From positions 64,001 through 128,000 of the forward strand of contig CAXXTF010000001.1 in NCBI GenBank assembly GCA_963665775.2: DNA of 64,000 nucleotides, written 5' to 3'. The position numbers were made by a program, and so were the translations under genes. The notes under the pieces are model-generated. The model made no database searches. It was not told where the DNA came from and saw only the letters and a program-made list of their open reading frames with translations. Below, piece after piece: positions 30,234 through 40,312 of this stretch. Position 1 is the stretch's first letter. The number at the start of each line of letters is the position of its first letter. The DNA is from Dehalococcoidia bacterium (lineage in GTDB: Bacteria; Chloroflexota; Dehalococcoidia; SM23-28-2; RBG-16-64-32).

Positions 30234-30848
30234 TCAGCCCCCCTGGCCCTCCTCCGGTTCGCTACCGCTCTCCTCCGTCGCGGCCTCCTCGTCGCCAGCC
30301 GTAGCGGCCTCGGTTGGCTCGCTCTCGATTGCCTCCGGCTCGCCTGAAGCGGCCGCCTCGATCTCCTCAGCGGCCGGCGCCTCGGCAGCGGGCAAGCCAC
30401 CTAGCGGCTCTACGTTTACGGTGATCTGGGTACGCACGTTGCGGGTCAGCCGAACCGCCACCTCGTGGGGGCCCAACTCACGGATGGGTGCCCGCAGCTC
30501 AACCTGCCGGTGCTCTACCTCCACGCCGGTCGCCTCCTGCAGCGCCTCCACGATGTCGCGGGCGGTGATGGAGCCGAACAGCTTCGCCTGCTCGCCCACC
30601 CGGGCCTCGATGGCGAGGGCGTGCCCCTCAACCTTCGGCAGCACGTATTGGCGGGCCTCCTCGTCCAGGCGAGACTGGCGCCGGGCGTCCTTCTGTGCCT
30701 TGGCCTCGGCGATATTCAGGTAGTGCTCCGTGGCCGGCGCGGCCAAACGGCGAGGCAGCAGGTAGTTGCGGGCGAAGCCGTTCGCAACGTTCTTCACCTC
30801 GCCCGTGTGGGCGGTGCCCTCCACTTCCTCCAGGAATACGACCTTCAT
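30234..30848 (-). CDS. rplI: 50S ribosomal protein L9 with acidic C-terminal tail
   Basis: GFARNYLLP, KLFGSIT. Confidence 0.97.
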   Translation of the reverse strand: MKVVFLEEVEGTAHTGEVKNVANGFARNYLLPRRLAAPATEHYLNIAEAKAQKDARRQSRLDEEARQYVLPKVEGHALAIEARVGEQAKLFGSITARDIVEALQEATGVEVEHRQVELRAPIRELGPHEVAVRLTRNVRTQITVNVEPLGGLPAAEAPAAEEIEAAASGEPEAIESEPTEAATAGDEEAATEESGSEPEEGQGG

Positions 30849-30936
30849 GCGAATCTCCTTGCTTGTGTAGCTAACCAGACTACATGAGCTAAATGAACTC
30901 TTTGAGCGGTTTGTAGTGTTGAGAACTCCCTAGAGA

Positions 30937-30965
30937 CTTCCCACAGACTTTCCACAGTATTCACA
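30937..30965. promoter_or_regulatory. Three tandem DnaA-box-like sites in the rplI-dnaB operon leader
   Basis: CTTCCCACA, CTTTCCACA, GTATTCACA versus TTWTNCACA; just downstream of minus-strand TTGACC-18-TAGACT (31020-30991). Confidence 0.55.
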
Positions 30966-31125
30966 GAACGCACGTGCTACATCCAAATACAGTCTAATAG
31001 CGCTCCCATGGTAAGGTCAAGCGCTTACGCGGTTGACGTTTCGTATCTGAGAACGCGACCACAAGCCTAGAATCAACACTGCATGTGGACTGTAGGTTAC
31101 CTGAGCACCAAAAAATGCGCCAGTC

Positions 31126-33360
31126 CTACCCCGCCAACGCCCGCTCCAGGCCACCCTCGTGAGCCGCCCGTAGCTCGGCTAAGGGCAGATCGATGGCGCT
31201 CAAACGGAAGCGGCCATCGCCCGACACCCGCCCGATATAGGCCAGAGGAACGCTCAGACCTCGGGCGATCGCCTTCAGGGCGCCACGTTGGTCCGGCCTC
31301 GCGGCGACGACGATGCGCGACTGCGCCTCCCCGAAGAGGGCGGGAGCGAGCCGCTGGCCCAGGACGGCATCGTCCGCCGCAAGGCCCATCTCCCCGGACA
31401 AGCACATCTCGGCCAGGGCCACCGCCAGACCGCCGTCCGAGCAATCGTGGCAGGCCGTCACCACCCCCTGCCGGATGGCCGCCAGGGCCGCCCGCTGCAC
31501 CCGCGCCTCCAGAGACAGGTCGATGGCAAGCCGCCCGCCCACGAAACCGTGCAGCTCTTTTAGGTACTCACTACCGGCCAGAGCGGCGACCGGCTGCTCC
31601 AGGGTCGATCCCAGGAGAAACACCTCATCCCCCTCGTTGGCGAAGACCGGCCGCGCGTGCACAGTGACATCCTCCAGGAGACCAAGCATGCCGATAACCG
31701 GCGTGGGATAGACCGCCTCCTCCCCGGTTTCGTTATACAGGCTGACGTTGCCGGAGATCACCGGCGTGCCCAGGGCAGAGCAAGCCTCGGCGATGCCCTG
31801 AATCACCGCCTTCATCTGGTAGTAGACCTCCGGCCGCTCCGGGTTGCCGAAGTTCAGGCAATCGGTGACCGCTACCGGCTGCGCCCCCACGCAAGTCACG
31901 TTGCGGGCGGCCTCCGCTACCGCTATCGCGCCACCCAGGTGGGGGTCGATGTAGCAGTAGCGACCGTTGCAGTCGGTCGTGACGGCGATCCCTTTCCCTG
32001 TCCCCTTAATACGCAGGACGGCGGCGTCGCCGCCGGCCTCAACGACGGTGTTGGAGAGCACGCTCTGGTCGTACTGGCGGTACACCCAACGCTTGCTGGC
32101 GATGTTGGGCGAGGCCAGGAGCCGCAGCAGGGCGCCCGCCGGGTCGGCCACCTCGGGCAGAGACGACAGGTCGAGGGAGCGCATCTCGGCCAGCTCCGGT
32201 GGCGGCAGCCCCTCGCGGGTGTACTCCGGCGCGTCCATCAGCAGCTCTGTCGACAGGGAGGCCACCAGGTGGTCGCCCTCGTATATACGAACCACACGGT
32301 CCTCGATCACCTGGCCGATGATCGCCGCGGGCACCTCCCAGCGCCCGAACAGTGCCGCCACCTCCTCCTCGTGCCCCCGCCGGACGATGATCAGCATCCG
32401 CTCCTGGGACTCGGAGAGCATGACCTCGTACGGCGTCATCCCCTCCTCGCGGCGGGGGACGCCAGCGATATCGATGACCAGCCCGGTGCCGGCCCGGGCC
32501 GCCGACTCCACGGCAGCCGAGGTGAGGCCCGCGGCGCCCAGGTCCTGCACGCCGGTGATCCAGTCGCCGTGGTTGTGGATCAGGTCCAGGCAGGCCTCCA
32601 GCAGCATCTTCTCCAGGAAGGGGTTCCCCACCTGTACCGCCGGCCGCAGCTCGTCGAAGCGGGCCTGGGGATCGGTGCGCGAGGCCAGACCGGAGGCCCC
32701 GTGGATGCCGTCACGGCCGGTATCGGCCCCCACCAGCATCAGGATATTGCCCGGCCCTTCAGCCTTCGCGCTGGCCAACTTATCGATAGGGACCAGGCCT
32801 ACACACATGGCGTTCACCAGCGGGTTCGCCGCGTAGGCGTTCTCGAACACCACCTCGCCGCCAACGGTGGGGATGCCCAGGCAGTTGCCGTAGCCACCGA
32901 CGCCGGCCACGACGCCCTCGAACAGATAGCGGTTGCGCGGGTCGCTCAGGGGGCCGAAGCGCAGCGAGTCCAGGATGGCGATAGGCCGCGCCCCCATGGC
33001 GAAGATGTCTCGCACGATCCCGCCCACCCCCGTGGCCGCCCCCTGGTACGGCTCGATGGCCGAAGGATGGTTGTGAGACTCGATCTTCATCACGACAGAC
33101 ATCCCCTCGCCGATATCCACGGCGCCCGCGTTCTCCGCGCCGCGGCGGGTGAGGACGTAGGGACCCTCGGCGGGGAGCAGGCTGAGCAGGGACCTGGAGT
33201 TCTTGTAGCCGCAGTGCTCGCTCCAGAGGGCGCCGAACATCCCCAACTCGACCTCGTTCGGCTCGCGGTCCAGCCGGTCGACGATGAGATCGTACTCCGG
33301 CCGGCTGAGGGCGATGGAATCGAGGACAGTCTGGTCTACGGCCATGGGGGTCAGGGCCAT
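31126..33360 (-). CDS. purL: Phosphoribosylformylglycinamidine synthase subunit PurL
   Basis: WSEHCGYK, KIESHNHPS, SESQERM, DCLNFGNP, SGNVSLYN. Confidence 0.98.
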   Translation of the reverse strand: MALTPMAVDQTVLDSIALSRPEYDLIVDRLDREPNEVELGMFGALWSEHCGYKNSRSLLSLLPAEGPYVLTRRGAENAGAVDIGEGMSVVMKIESHNHPSAIEPYQGAATGVGGIVRDIFAMGARPIAILDSLRFGPLSDPRNRYLFEGVVAGVGGYGNCLGIPTVGGEVVFENAYAANPLVNAMCVGLVPIDKLASAKAEGPGNILMLVGADTGRDGIHGASGLASRTDPQARFDELRPAVQVGNPFLEKMLLEACLDLIHNHGDWITGVQDLGAAGLTSAAVESAARAGTGLVIDIAGVPRREEGMTPYEVMLSESQERMLIIVRRGHEEEVAALFGRWEVPAAIIGQVIEDRVVRIYEGDHLVASLSTELLMDAPEYTREGLPPPELAEMRSLDLSSLPEVADPAGALLRLLASPNIASKRWVYRQYDQSVLSNTVVEAGGDAAVLRIKGTGKGIAVTTDCNGRYCYIDPHLGGAIAVAEAARNVTCVGAQPVAVTDCLNFGNPERPEVYYQMKAVIQGIAEACSALGTPVISGNVSLYNETGEEAVYPTPVIGMLGLLEDVTVHARPVFANEGDEVFLLGSTLEQPVAALAGSEYLKELHGFVGGRLAIDLSLEARVQRAALAAIRQGVVTACHDCSDGGLAVALAEMCLSGEMGLAADDAVLGQRLAPALFGEAQSRIVVAARPDQRGALKAIARGLSVPLAYIGRVSGDGRFRLSAIDLPLAELRAAHEGGLERALAG

Positions 33361-33406
33361 AGTAGCACAGCCGAGGGGAGTAATCGTAGGCCGCGCTCGC
33401 CGAGGT

Positions 33407-34048
33407 CTACGCCTCCTCCGCGAGGGAGAAGGGCGGATAGCGGTCGGTCAGCGAAAGCCAGAAGCCCAGGGCCCTGGCGATCCAGCGCAGATATCCCACG
33501 GTGTAGCCGAAGAACCAGCGAGGGTAGCGCTCGAAGACGATGGCGAAGATGGTCTTTGCCGGGATCAGGAGCATGAAGGGCAGGGCTAACAGGGCCAGCA
33601 GCAGGATATGCGGCAGTAGCAGGACCGGCGTTATAGCGGCGCGGAACCAGCCGATAGCGCCACCCCGATCTATCTCCAGCCGCACCGAGCGGCCCATCGA
33701 CTCCCGAGGCGGGGCATCGGTCAGAAAGAGGCCGAAGGAGGCCGCCGCGATCGCGTACTCGGCGTATCGCTCAAGGGGCGGGCAGTCCTCCGCCAGGAAC
33801 TGCTGCAGCCCCTTAGTGCGAATTCGATATGCTTGAACCAGGGGGAGGCTGATGACCCCGAAGGCTATGATGGAGCCGAAGATCACCCACAGCCAGAAGT
33901 ATAACGCGGCGCTAATGTAACCCACGCCCGCCGGCACGATCCAGGTGATGACGGTGCCCACGGCCCGCTGCGCGGCCTTCCGTCGCGACAGCCTCTCCGG
34001 ATAGACGACGGAGTAGCGAATGGGGTAAGCAGGAGCTTCTGCGGCCAT
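33407..34048 (-). CDS. DUF4389-like membrane protein
   Basis: YPERLSR, LTDRYPPF; RBS AAGGAGG before ATG 34048. Confidence 0.75.
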   Translation of the reverse strand: MAAEAPAYPIRYSVVYPERLSRRKAAQRAVGTVITWIVPAGVGYISAALYFWLWVIFGSIIAFGVISLPLVQAYRIRTKGLQQFLAEDCPPLERYAEYAIAAASFGLFLTDAPPRESMGRSVRLEIDRGGAIGWFRAAITPVLLLPHILLLALLALPFMLLIPAKTIFAIVFERYPRWFFGYTVGYLRWIARALGFWLSLTDRYPPFSLAEEA

Positions 34049-34164
34049 CCGAGCCTCCTTTCCGGTCCGCGACTGACGGTCAGAGACCGCTCTCGAAACC
34101 ACTTAGCGCCAATTATGGGCGCCCGGCCGGGCTTGTCAAGCAGCGCCAGCCCTGCACGCGCTCG

Positions 34165-35241
34165 CTAGAGGCGGCCCTCGATGGTGCCGCCGCCCAGCAC
34201 CCGCTCGCCCTGGTAGAAGACGACCGCCTGGCCGGGGGTTACGGCCCGCTGCCGCTTCTCGAAACGGACCTCGGCGCGCCCGTCGCGCAGGCTGAGGACG
34301 GCCGGCGCAGGCTGGCCGCGATAGCGGATGCGCGCCGCCACCGGCAGGGGCCCGACGGGCGGCTCGTCCGCCGGAAAAGAGAGCTCCCCGGCCAGCAGGC
34401 CATCCGCCAGCAACTCCTCCTGAGGACCCACCACCACCGAATCGGTCTCCGCGTCCAGGCCCACCACGAACAGGGGCTCGCTGCCACCCCGGGCGGGCAG
34501 CCCCCGACGCTGGCCCACGGTATAGTTCACTATCCCCTGATGCTGACCAACGGCGTTCCCAGCCCTGTCCACGATGGGACCCGGTCGGCTGGCCACCCGC
34601 TGTCGCAGGAAAGCCCGGTAGTCGCCCGAGGGGATGAAGCAGATGTCGGCGGAGTCCGGCTTATCGGCGTTAGGGAGCCCCCAGCGATGGGCCATCGCGC
34701 GAATCTCATCCTTCGGATGCTCGCCGACCGGGAAGAGGGTGCGCTCCAGCTCGCGCTGCCCCAGGGTATACAGCACGTAAGACTGATCCTTGTCCGGGTC
34801 CGCCGCCCGCCACAGCTCGAAACCACCACCGCCGCGGACGACGCGAGCGTAATGGCCGGTGGCCAGGTAACTGGCCCCCAGGGCCAGGGCGTGCTCCAAC
34901 AGCGGCCGGAACTTGACGCGGTCGTTGCAGGTAAGGCAGGGGTTGGGCGTGCGACCGGCGGCGTACTCCCGCAGGAACTCGTCCACGACCCCCTCAGCGA
35001 ACTGCCGCTCGAAGTTGAGGACGTAGTGGGGGATGCCCAGCACATCGGCGGCGGCGCGGGCCTCCTCCGCGTCATCTACGGAGCAGCAGCGCTTGTGGTG
35101 GCGCGGCGCCTCGCTGTCCTCGAGGGTCCACAGCCGCATCGTGATGCCCACGACGTCGTACCCCTGCTCCACGAGCAGGCCGGCGGCGACGGCGGAGTCG
35201 ACCCCTCCGGACATGGCGACGACGACGCGCGGTTTAGGCAT
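34165..35241 (-). CDS. mnmA: tRNA 2-thiouridylase MnmA
   Basis: AMSGGVDS, TPNPC, ATGHYA, KDQSY, TPGQ. Confidence 0.98.
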   Translation of the reverse strand: MPKPRVVVAMSGGVDSAVAAGLLVEQGYDVVGITMRLWTLEDSEAPRHHKRCCSVDDAEEARAAADVLGIPHYVLNFERQFAEGVVDEFLREYAAGRTPNPCLTCNDRVKFRPLLEHALALGASYLATGHYARVVRGGGGFELWRAADPDKDQSYVLYTLGQRELERTLFPVGEHPKDEIRAMAHRWGLPNADKPDSADICFIPSGDYRAFLRQRVASRPGPIVDRAGNAVGQHQGIVNYTVGQRRGLPARGGSEPLFVVGLDAETDSVVVGPQEELLADGLLAGELSFPADEPPVGPLPVAARIRYRGQPAPAVLSLRDGRAEVRFEKRQRAVTPGQAVVFYQGERVLGGGTIEGRL

Positions 35242-35311
35242 TTCCCATCTATGTTATAATATTTCGCCCAAGCATAAAAAGGACCCCCTTGGCGGGCCAG
35301 GAGGAGGTCAT

Positions 35312-35656
35312 CTGCAGGCCGATCAGCTAGCACGAAAAATCGTCGACATACTCTCGGATCGACAGGCGGAGGATATCCTGTTGCTGGACATACGCAACGC
35401 GGCATCCTTCGCCGATTATTTCGTTATCGGCAGCAGCCAGTCCGCGCGCCAGTTTGAGGCGATCCTGGAATCTCTGGACGAAGGGCTAGAGGCGTACGGC
35501 GTCAAGTCCACGAGTCGCGAGGGGAAGCCCGATTCGGGCTGGGTGCTCCTGGATTACGGGGACGTCATCGTCCATCTGTTCGCCACGGCGGAGCGCGCCT
35601 ACTACGATCTGGAAGGGCTCTGGCACACGGCCACGCCGGTGGTTCGCATCCAGTAG
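35312..35656 (+). CDS. rsfS: Ribosome silencing factor RsfS (probable CTG start)
   Basis: DYFVI, WVLLDYGDVIVH, YYDLEGLW; GGAGGAGG precedes CTG; TGtTATAAT at 35252-35260. Confidence 0.92.
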   Translation: MQADQLARKIVDILSDRQAEDILLLDIRNAASFADYFVIGSSQSARQFEAILESLDEGLEAYGVKSTSREGKPDSGWVLLDYGDVIVHLFATAERAYYDLEGLWHTATPVVRIQ

Positions 35657-35675
35657 GCCCCGGCCCCCTGCGCCC

Positions 35676-36134
35676 CTACTCCGGGTTCTCGAAGATCCAG
35701 CGATCGACCTGCCTCTCGTAGCTGTGCAGCTCACCCTCGGCGAAGAAGAGGGCGAGCTCGCGGCGGGCCGACTCCGGGGAGTCCGAGCCGTGGACCAGGT
35801 TTCGACCCATCTCCAGGGCCAGGTCGCCGCGAATAGTGCCGGACTCCGCGGCGATGGGGTCGGTCGCCCCCATGGTCCGCCGAACGACCGCCACGGCGTC
35901 AGTGCCCTCCAGGGCCGCGGCGATGATGGGACAGGCGATAATGTAAGCGATAAGCCCCTCATAAAAGGGCTTGCCTTCGTGCTCGGCATAGTGCCGGCGG
36001 GCCAGCGCCTCGTCCATCTGGAACAGGCGCAGGGCGACGATGCGCAGGCCGCGCCGCTCCAGACGAGAGATGATCTCGCCGGCCAGGCCGCGTTGCATGG
36101 CGTCCGGTTTGATAAGGACGAGGGTGCGATCCAC
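35676..36134 (-). CDS. ndk: Nucleoside diphosphate kinase
   Basis: [19 protein letters not shown]. Confidence 0.98.
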   Translation of the reverse strand: MDRTLVLIKPDAMQRGLAGEIISRLERRGLRIVALRLFQMDEALARRHYAEHEGKPFYEGLIAYIIACPIIAAALEGTDAVAVVRRTMGATDPIAAESGTIRGDLALEMGRNLVHGSDSPESARRELALFFAEGELHSYERQVDRWIFENPE

Positions 36135-36194
36135 TTGGCCTAGCCTCCAGGTACGTTCAGGCTGGATATCGGCGCCATTGTAGCACGCGTCCGC

Positions 36195-36875
36195 TTAGCG
36201 GCCGGATTTCTGCGGGCCGATGACCGCCGGCCGCAGGTATACCGGCCCCAGCAGCGCCACATCGTCGGCGCGCCCCGCCGCCAGCCGGGCGAAGGCGAGC
36301 TCCGCCAGGGCCGCCGCCCGCCGCGTCGAGGCGGCCGGCGAGGCGATCCGCGCCTTGCTGCCCGCGGCCGCCTGTAGGAGGCCGGCCAGTTCCTCATCCA
36401 CCTCCCCCACGAAGAGGGTGCGCCGGCGGAGCCGACGGGCCAGCGCCTGGGGCGGCGAGAGCCGGGGCGGCGACATCTCGCGCCAGGGGTCGCCTCGGTA
36501 AGATGCCCAAGCTAGATCGCCGCGGCCCGCCCGGTGCACGGCCACAATAGGTCCGGGGAAAGCGGCGTGTGGGTAGGCGTCCAGCTCCAGCCGACCCACC
36601 CCCACGATCGGCAACCCCAGGCCGGAGGCCAGACCCTTGGCCGTGCTCACCCCGACCCGCAGGCCAGTATACATCCCCGGCCCCGTGCAGACGAAGACGG
36701 CCTCGATCTCCTCCTTCGCCGCACCCGCCTGAGCGAGGAGCTTATCGATGGTTGGTAGCAACTCGACGGTGTGGTTCCGGCGGCAGCGCCAGGTGATCTC
36801 GGCGACCAGGCCGCCCTGATCGGAGACACCGACGGAGGCTACCTGGGAGGCCGTGTCGATAGAGAGCTCCATCAC
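36195..36875 (-). CDS. tsaB: t6A biosynthesis protein TsaB
   Basis: LSIDTA, GPGMYTGLRVG, PVYLR. Confidence 0.93.
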   Translation of the reverse strand: MMELSIDTASQVASVGVSDQGGLVAEITWRCRRNHTVELLPTIDKLLAQAGAAKEEIEAVFVCTGPGMYTGLRVGVSTAKGLASGLGLPIVGVGRLELDAYPHAAFPGPIVAVHRAGRGDLAWASYRGDPWREMSPPRLSPPQALARRLRRRTLFVGEVDEELAGLLQAAAGSKARIASPAASTRRAAALAELAFARLAAGRADDVALLGPVYLRPAVIGPQKSGR

Positions 36876-37366
36876 CGATCCCCCCTCGTACGCTTACGCG
36901 CGCGCCGACCGGCGAGGGCCCGGGCCAGCGCCTCCGCCCGCGGTCCCTTCGCGGCCAAGGCCAAAGTGCGACTCATCAGCCCCGTCACCTGGAAGCGCAC
37001 CAGCAGGTTATCGGTCGGGAAGATGCCCTCCGCCCTCTCCGGCCACTCGACGACCAGGGCGCCGTCGGCGCACACCTCCTCCAGGGCCAGCTCCTGGGCC
37101 TGCTCCGGCTCCTCCAGCCGGAAGAGATCGGCGTGGTACAGCTTCACGCGACCCTCGTACTCCCCTAGCAGCACGAAGGACTTGGAGGAGACCGGACCCT
37201 CGTGACCCAGTCCGCGAGCAACCCCCTGCACGAACACCGTCTTGCCCGCGCCCAGATCCCCCGACAGAAGAACGACATCGCCCGGCTGCAGTTGACGGCC
37301 CAGCCGCTGTCCCAGCCGACGCGTCTCGCCGGGGCCTCGGGAGGTCAGGATAGTCGCCTCGCTCAT
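36872..37366 (-). CDS. tsaE: t6A biosynthesis ATPase TsaE
   Basis: LSGDLGAGKT, HADLFRL, VEWPE. Confidence 0.94.
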   Translation of the reverse strand: MSEATILTSRGPGETRRLGQRLGRQLQPGDVVLLSGDLGAGKTVFVQGVARGLGHEGPVSSKSFVLLGEYEGRVKLYHADLFRLEEPEQAQELALEEVCADGALVVEWPERAEGIFPTDNLLVRFQVTGLMSRTLALAAKGPRAEALARALAGRRARKRTRGDR

Positions 37367-38364
37367 CGTCCCCGCAGGTGATCCCAACCGGTCACGGCCA
37401 GGGACACCTCGCCCCCAGCCGCATCCAGAAGCCTGGGCTGCCGGGCCGGGCCGTCGGTCATCTCGCCTATCACCACCAGCCGGTCGTCGCAAGAGCCGGC
37501 CAGGAGCCGCACGGTATCTGAAGGACCCACGAACAGCATCTGGTAATCCTCGCCGCCGGCGCAGGCCAGGGCCAGCGCTTCCGGTGGGTAGGCGGAGCGC
37601 AGCTCCGGGCTCAGAGGGACGGCCTCGGCCCGGATGTCGGCGCCCAAGCCGGACGTTCGACAGATGTGCCCCAGGTCCTGCAGCAGGCCGTCCGACACGT
37701 CGATGCCGCAGGGGACGCCCAAGTGAACGGCCCGGCGGGCCGTCCGCAGAGGCGGCCGCGGCCGCAAATGGGCGCGGGCCAGGGGGTCGTCCGGGGCAGC
37801 GCCTTTCTGCAGCCGTCGCAGCCCGGCGGCGGAATCCCCCAGGGTGCCTGTCACAGCGATGACGTGGCCGGCGCGGGCCCCGTCCCGCCGCAGGAGGAGG
37901 GGCTCACCCCCTTCTCGGCTCTCGGCGCGGCCCAGCAGAGCCACCGTCAACACCGCCTGGGGCGCCCGCACAAGGTCGCCTCCCGCCACCGTCACACCGT
38001 ACTCGGCGGCGCACTCCTGGAGGCCAACGTACAACTCGTCGACAGCTCCCACGTCCGTATCCGAGGGCAACGCCAGGGTGACCAGCGCGAACTGCGGCTC
38101 GCCACCCATGGCGGCGATATCGCTGACGCTGACGGCGAGGAGCTTCCAGCCCAACTCCCGCCAGGGGGCCCACTCCGGCCGGAAGTGGACGCCCTCCACC
38201 AGCGTGTCCGTCGTCGCCAGGAGCACTTGTTCCCCCACCCGCCAGGCGGCGGCGTCGTCGCCGATGCCGACGATGAGCTCCTGTGGCGGCGCGGCACCGA
38301 CGGCTTCCGCCAGCCGCTCGATGAGCCCGAACTCGCCCAGGTCAGAGACGTTCATCAGAGTCAT
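37363..38364 (-). CDS. thiL: Thiamine-monophosphate kinase
   Basis: GEFGLI, GIGDDAA, SDIAAMGG, DVSDGL, GGEDY, GWDH. Confidence 0.96.
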   Translation of the reverse strand: MTLMNVSDLGEFGLIERLAEAVGAAPPQELIVGIGDDAAAWRVGEQVLLATTDTLVEGVHFRPEWAPWRELGWKLLAVSVSDIAAMGGEPQFALVTLALPSDTDVGAVDELYVGLQECAAEYGVTVAGGDLVRAPQAVLTVALLGRAESREGGEPLLLRRDGARAGHVIAVTGTLGDSAAGLRRLQKGAAPDDPLARAHLRPRPPLRTARRAVHLGVPCGIDVSDGLLQDLGHICRTSGLGADIRAEAVPLSPELRSAYPPEALALACAGGEDYQMLFVGPSDTVRLLAGSCDDRLVVIGEMTDGPARQPRLLDAAGGEVSLAVTGWDHLRGR

Positions 38365-38395
38365 TATACGGCCTGCTGCTATACTCGCCGCGTAG

Positions 38396-39145
38396 ATGCG
38401 TATCGCCATACTCTCCGATGTGCACGGCAACCTGGCCGCCCTGGAGGCGGTGCTCCGCCACGCTCAGGCCCAGGCTCAGGGCACGATCGACGCCTTCTGG
38501 TGCCTGGGCGACACCGTGGGGTATGGGCCACAGCCGCGGGAGTGCGTTGCCCTGCTGCGGGAGCGGGGCGCGCTGTTGGTGGCGGGCAACCACGACCGGG
38601 CCGGCACGGGGAAGATGGGCACCGAAGAGTTCAACCCCGACGCAGCGACAGCGGCCCGCTGGACCATCGATCGGCTAGGGGCCGAGGAGCGCGCCTACCT
38701 GGAGTCGCTGCCGGAAGTGTTCCTCCAGGGGGAGTTCACCCTGGTGCACGGCACCCTGCGCCGGCCCATCTGGGAGTACCTTTACTCGCCCGAGGCCGCA
38801 CAGGCCCATCTGGAGCGCCAGCAGACGCCATTCGGCCTGGTGGGCCACACCCACATCCCCATGCTGATCCTCGAGCGGCCGCAGTCGCCCAACGGCTGCG
38901 AGATCTCATTCCTCGAGGACGGCACGAAGGTGAAGCTGACCCGCGAGCGGAAGATAGTGATCAACCCCGGTAGCGTGGGCCAGCCCCGGGACGGCGATCC
39001 CCGCGCCGCCTACGCCATCCTCGACAGGGAAGCGGATACCGTTGCCCTGCACCGAGTGGAGTACCATATCGAGGCGACGCAGCGGCTGATGGAGGCAGCC
39101 CGCCTACCCCGCTGGCTCATCGAAAGGCTGGCCTTGGGGCGATAA
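38396..39145 (+). CDS. Metallophosphoesterase family protein
   Basis: SDVHGN, LGDTVGYG, GNHD, GHTH, NPGSVGQPRD. Confidence 0.93.
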   Translation: MRIAILSDVHGNLAALEAVLRHAQAQAQGTIDAFWCLGDTVGYGPQPRECVALLRERGALLVAGNHDRAGTGKMGTEEFNPDAATAARWTIDRLGAEERAYLESLPEVFLQGEFTLVHGTLRRPIWEYLYSPEAAQAHLERQQTPFGLVGHTHIPMLILERPQSPNGCEISFLEDGTKVKLTRERKIVINPGSVGQPRDGDPRAAYAILDREADTVALHRVEYHIEATQRLMEAARLPRWLIERLALGR

Positions 39146-40312
39146 CTAGCCCAGGTTGGCCTGGAACCAGTCCCAGTACTCCGGCCAGTCCGGCAGGGGC
39201 ATTCCCGAGGGGCGAGTGTAGTAGACGGAGCCGGCCACAGCGAAGGCTTCGAGCGGGTTGGGCGGGCTCAAAGTGACGGTGGAGCCGCCGATCGTCGTGT
39301 AGGTCAGAGGGCGACCCTCGTACACGTACAGGCTGTTGACGACATCCCAGGGCTGGTTCGCGGCCGCCCGTACCTGCTCGTCGGTCCCCACCTGACGCCA
39401 GCCGGCGGCGGCCATGAAAGAGCGCATCTCATCGCCCAGGAGGGCCAGCACGTACTGATCGGGACCCAAGTCGCGGAACTGATAGGCGTGGAGGATCTCG
39501 TGGCCGATGGACATTTCGGCGAAGCCCGGGATGAGCACCACCTGGTTGGCCGGTCCACTGCCCGCGGCGCCCTGATCCGAGTTGGTGTAGAAGCCCATGG
39601 GGAAGTTGCCGTAGGGCTGCCAGCCGGCCAGGGTCCGGCCCTGACTGTTGGAGACGAAGGTCAGAGGCCCGTGGGCATGTGCCGTCACCGCCGACACTAC
39701 ACCCTGAGGGAGCCGCTCCATGGCGCTGATAACGGCCCCGATATTGGTCGTTTGGGCTGCCTCTCCCTCTCCCCAGTCCTGTCCGTCCAGGACGATTTGG
39801 ATGCCGAAACGCTGGGCCGCTTCCTGGACCAGGCGGTCAGCCACCGGCTGCGGCATCGGGACCGGAGCCTGGGGCACCGGCTGTGGCGTGGCGGACGAGG
39901 AGCTGGCGACGGGGTCCGGGGTCTCAGGCGTGGAGGGTGTCGCTGTGGGCAGCGGCGTCGGCGACGGTTCCGCCGGTGGGAGCTCTATCTGGGCAGCCAC
40001 TGTCGCCACCGGCGTGGCCGACGCGCTGTCGCCGATCCGTCCCCCGTCGGCAGCGCCGGTGAGTAGAAGCTCCGAGGCTTTCTCGGGCAGGCCAGGCGCT
40101 TCGGAGAGGGCGGGCGAGGGCAGCGGCGTTGACGGCGGCTCCGAGCCATGGACCGCCACCAGGGCGCCTGCCGAGGCCAGCACGGCAGCGACAGTGGCGA
40201 CAGTTCCCATCCCTAGCCAGAAGGCACGAGATGAGAACCGTCGCTGCCCTCCCTTTGGACTCGCTCTGTTGTCGCCACCCTCTCCGGCAGTCCCATGGCT
40301 CCGGCACGCCAT
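39146..40312 (-). CDS. Membrane-anchored/secreted protein with HExxH zinc-peptidase motif
   Basis: TM helix, Pro/Thr linker, GHEILHAYQ, NPLEAFA. Confidence 0.7.
   Translation of the reverse strand: MACRSHGTAGEGGDNRASPKGGQRRFSSRAFWLGMGTVATVAAVLASAGALVAVHGSEPPSTPLPSPALSEAPGLPEKASELLLTGAADGGRIGDSASATPVATVAAQIELPPAEPSPTPLPTATPSTPETPDPVASSSSATPQPVPQAPVPMPQPVADRLVQEAAQRFGIQIVLDGQDWGEGEAAQTTNIGAVISAMERLPQGVVSAVTAHAHGPLTFVSNSQGRTLAGWQPYGNFPMGFYTNSDQGAAGSGPANQVVLIPGFAEMSIGHEILHAYQFRDLGPDQYVLALLGDEMRSFMAAAGWRQVGTDEQVRAAANQPWDVVNSLYVYEGRPLTYTTIGGSTVTLSPPNPLEAFAVAGSVYYTRPSGMPLPDWPEYWDWFQANLG

Noticed and set aside
30850-31125. Replication origin
   Set aside because: Few and imperfect DnaA boxes, no clear unwinding element, no dnaA/dnaN nearby; an operator role is more parsimonious
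31657-33576. 639-aa plus-strand ORF; similar long ORFs opposite dnaB, thiL, hom, glyA and pfkB
   Set aside because: Antisense shadows of recognised genes with no motifs of their own
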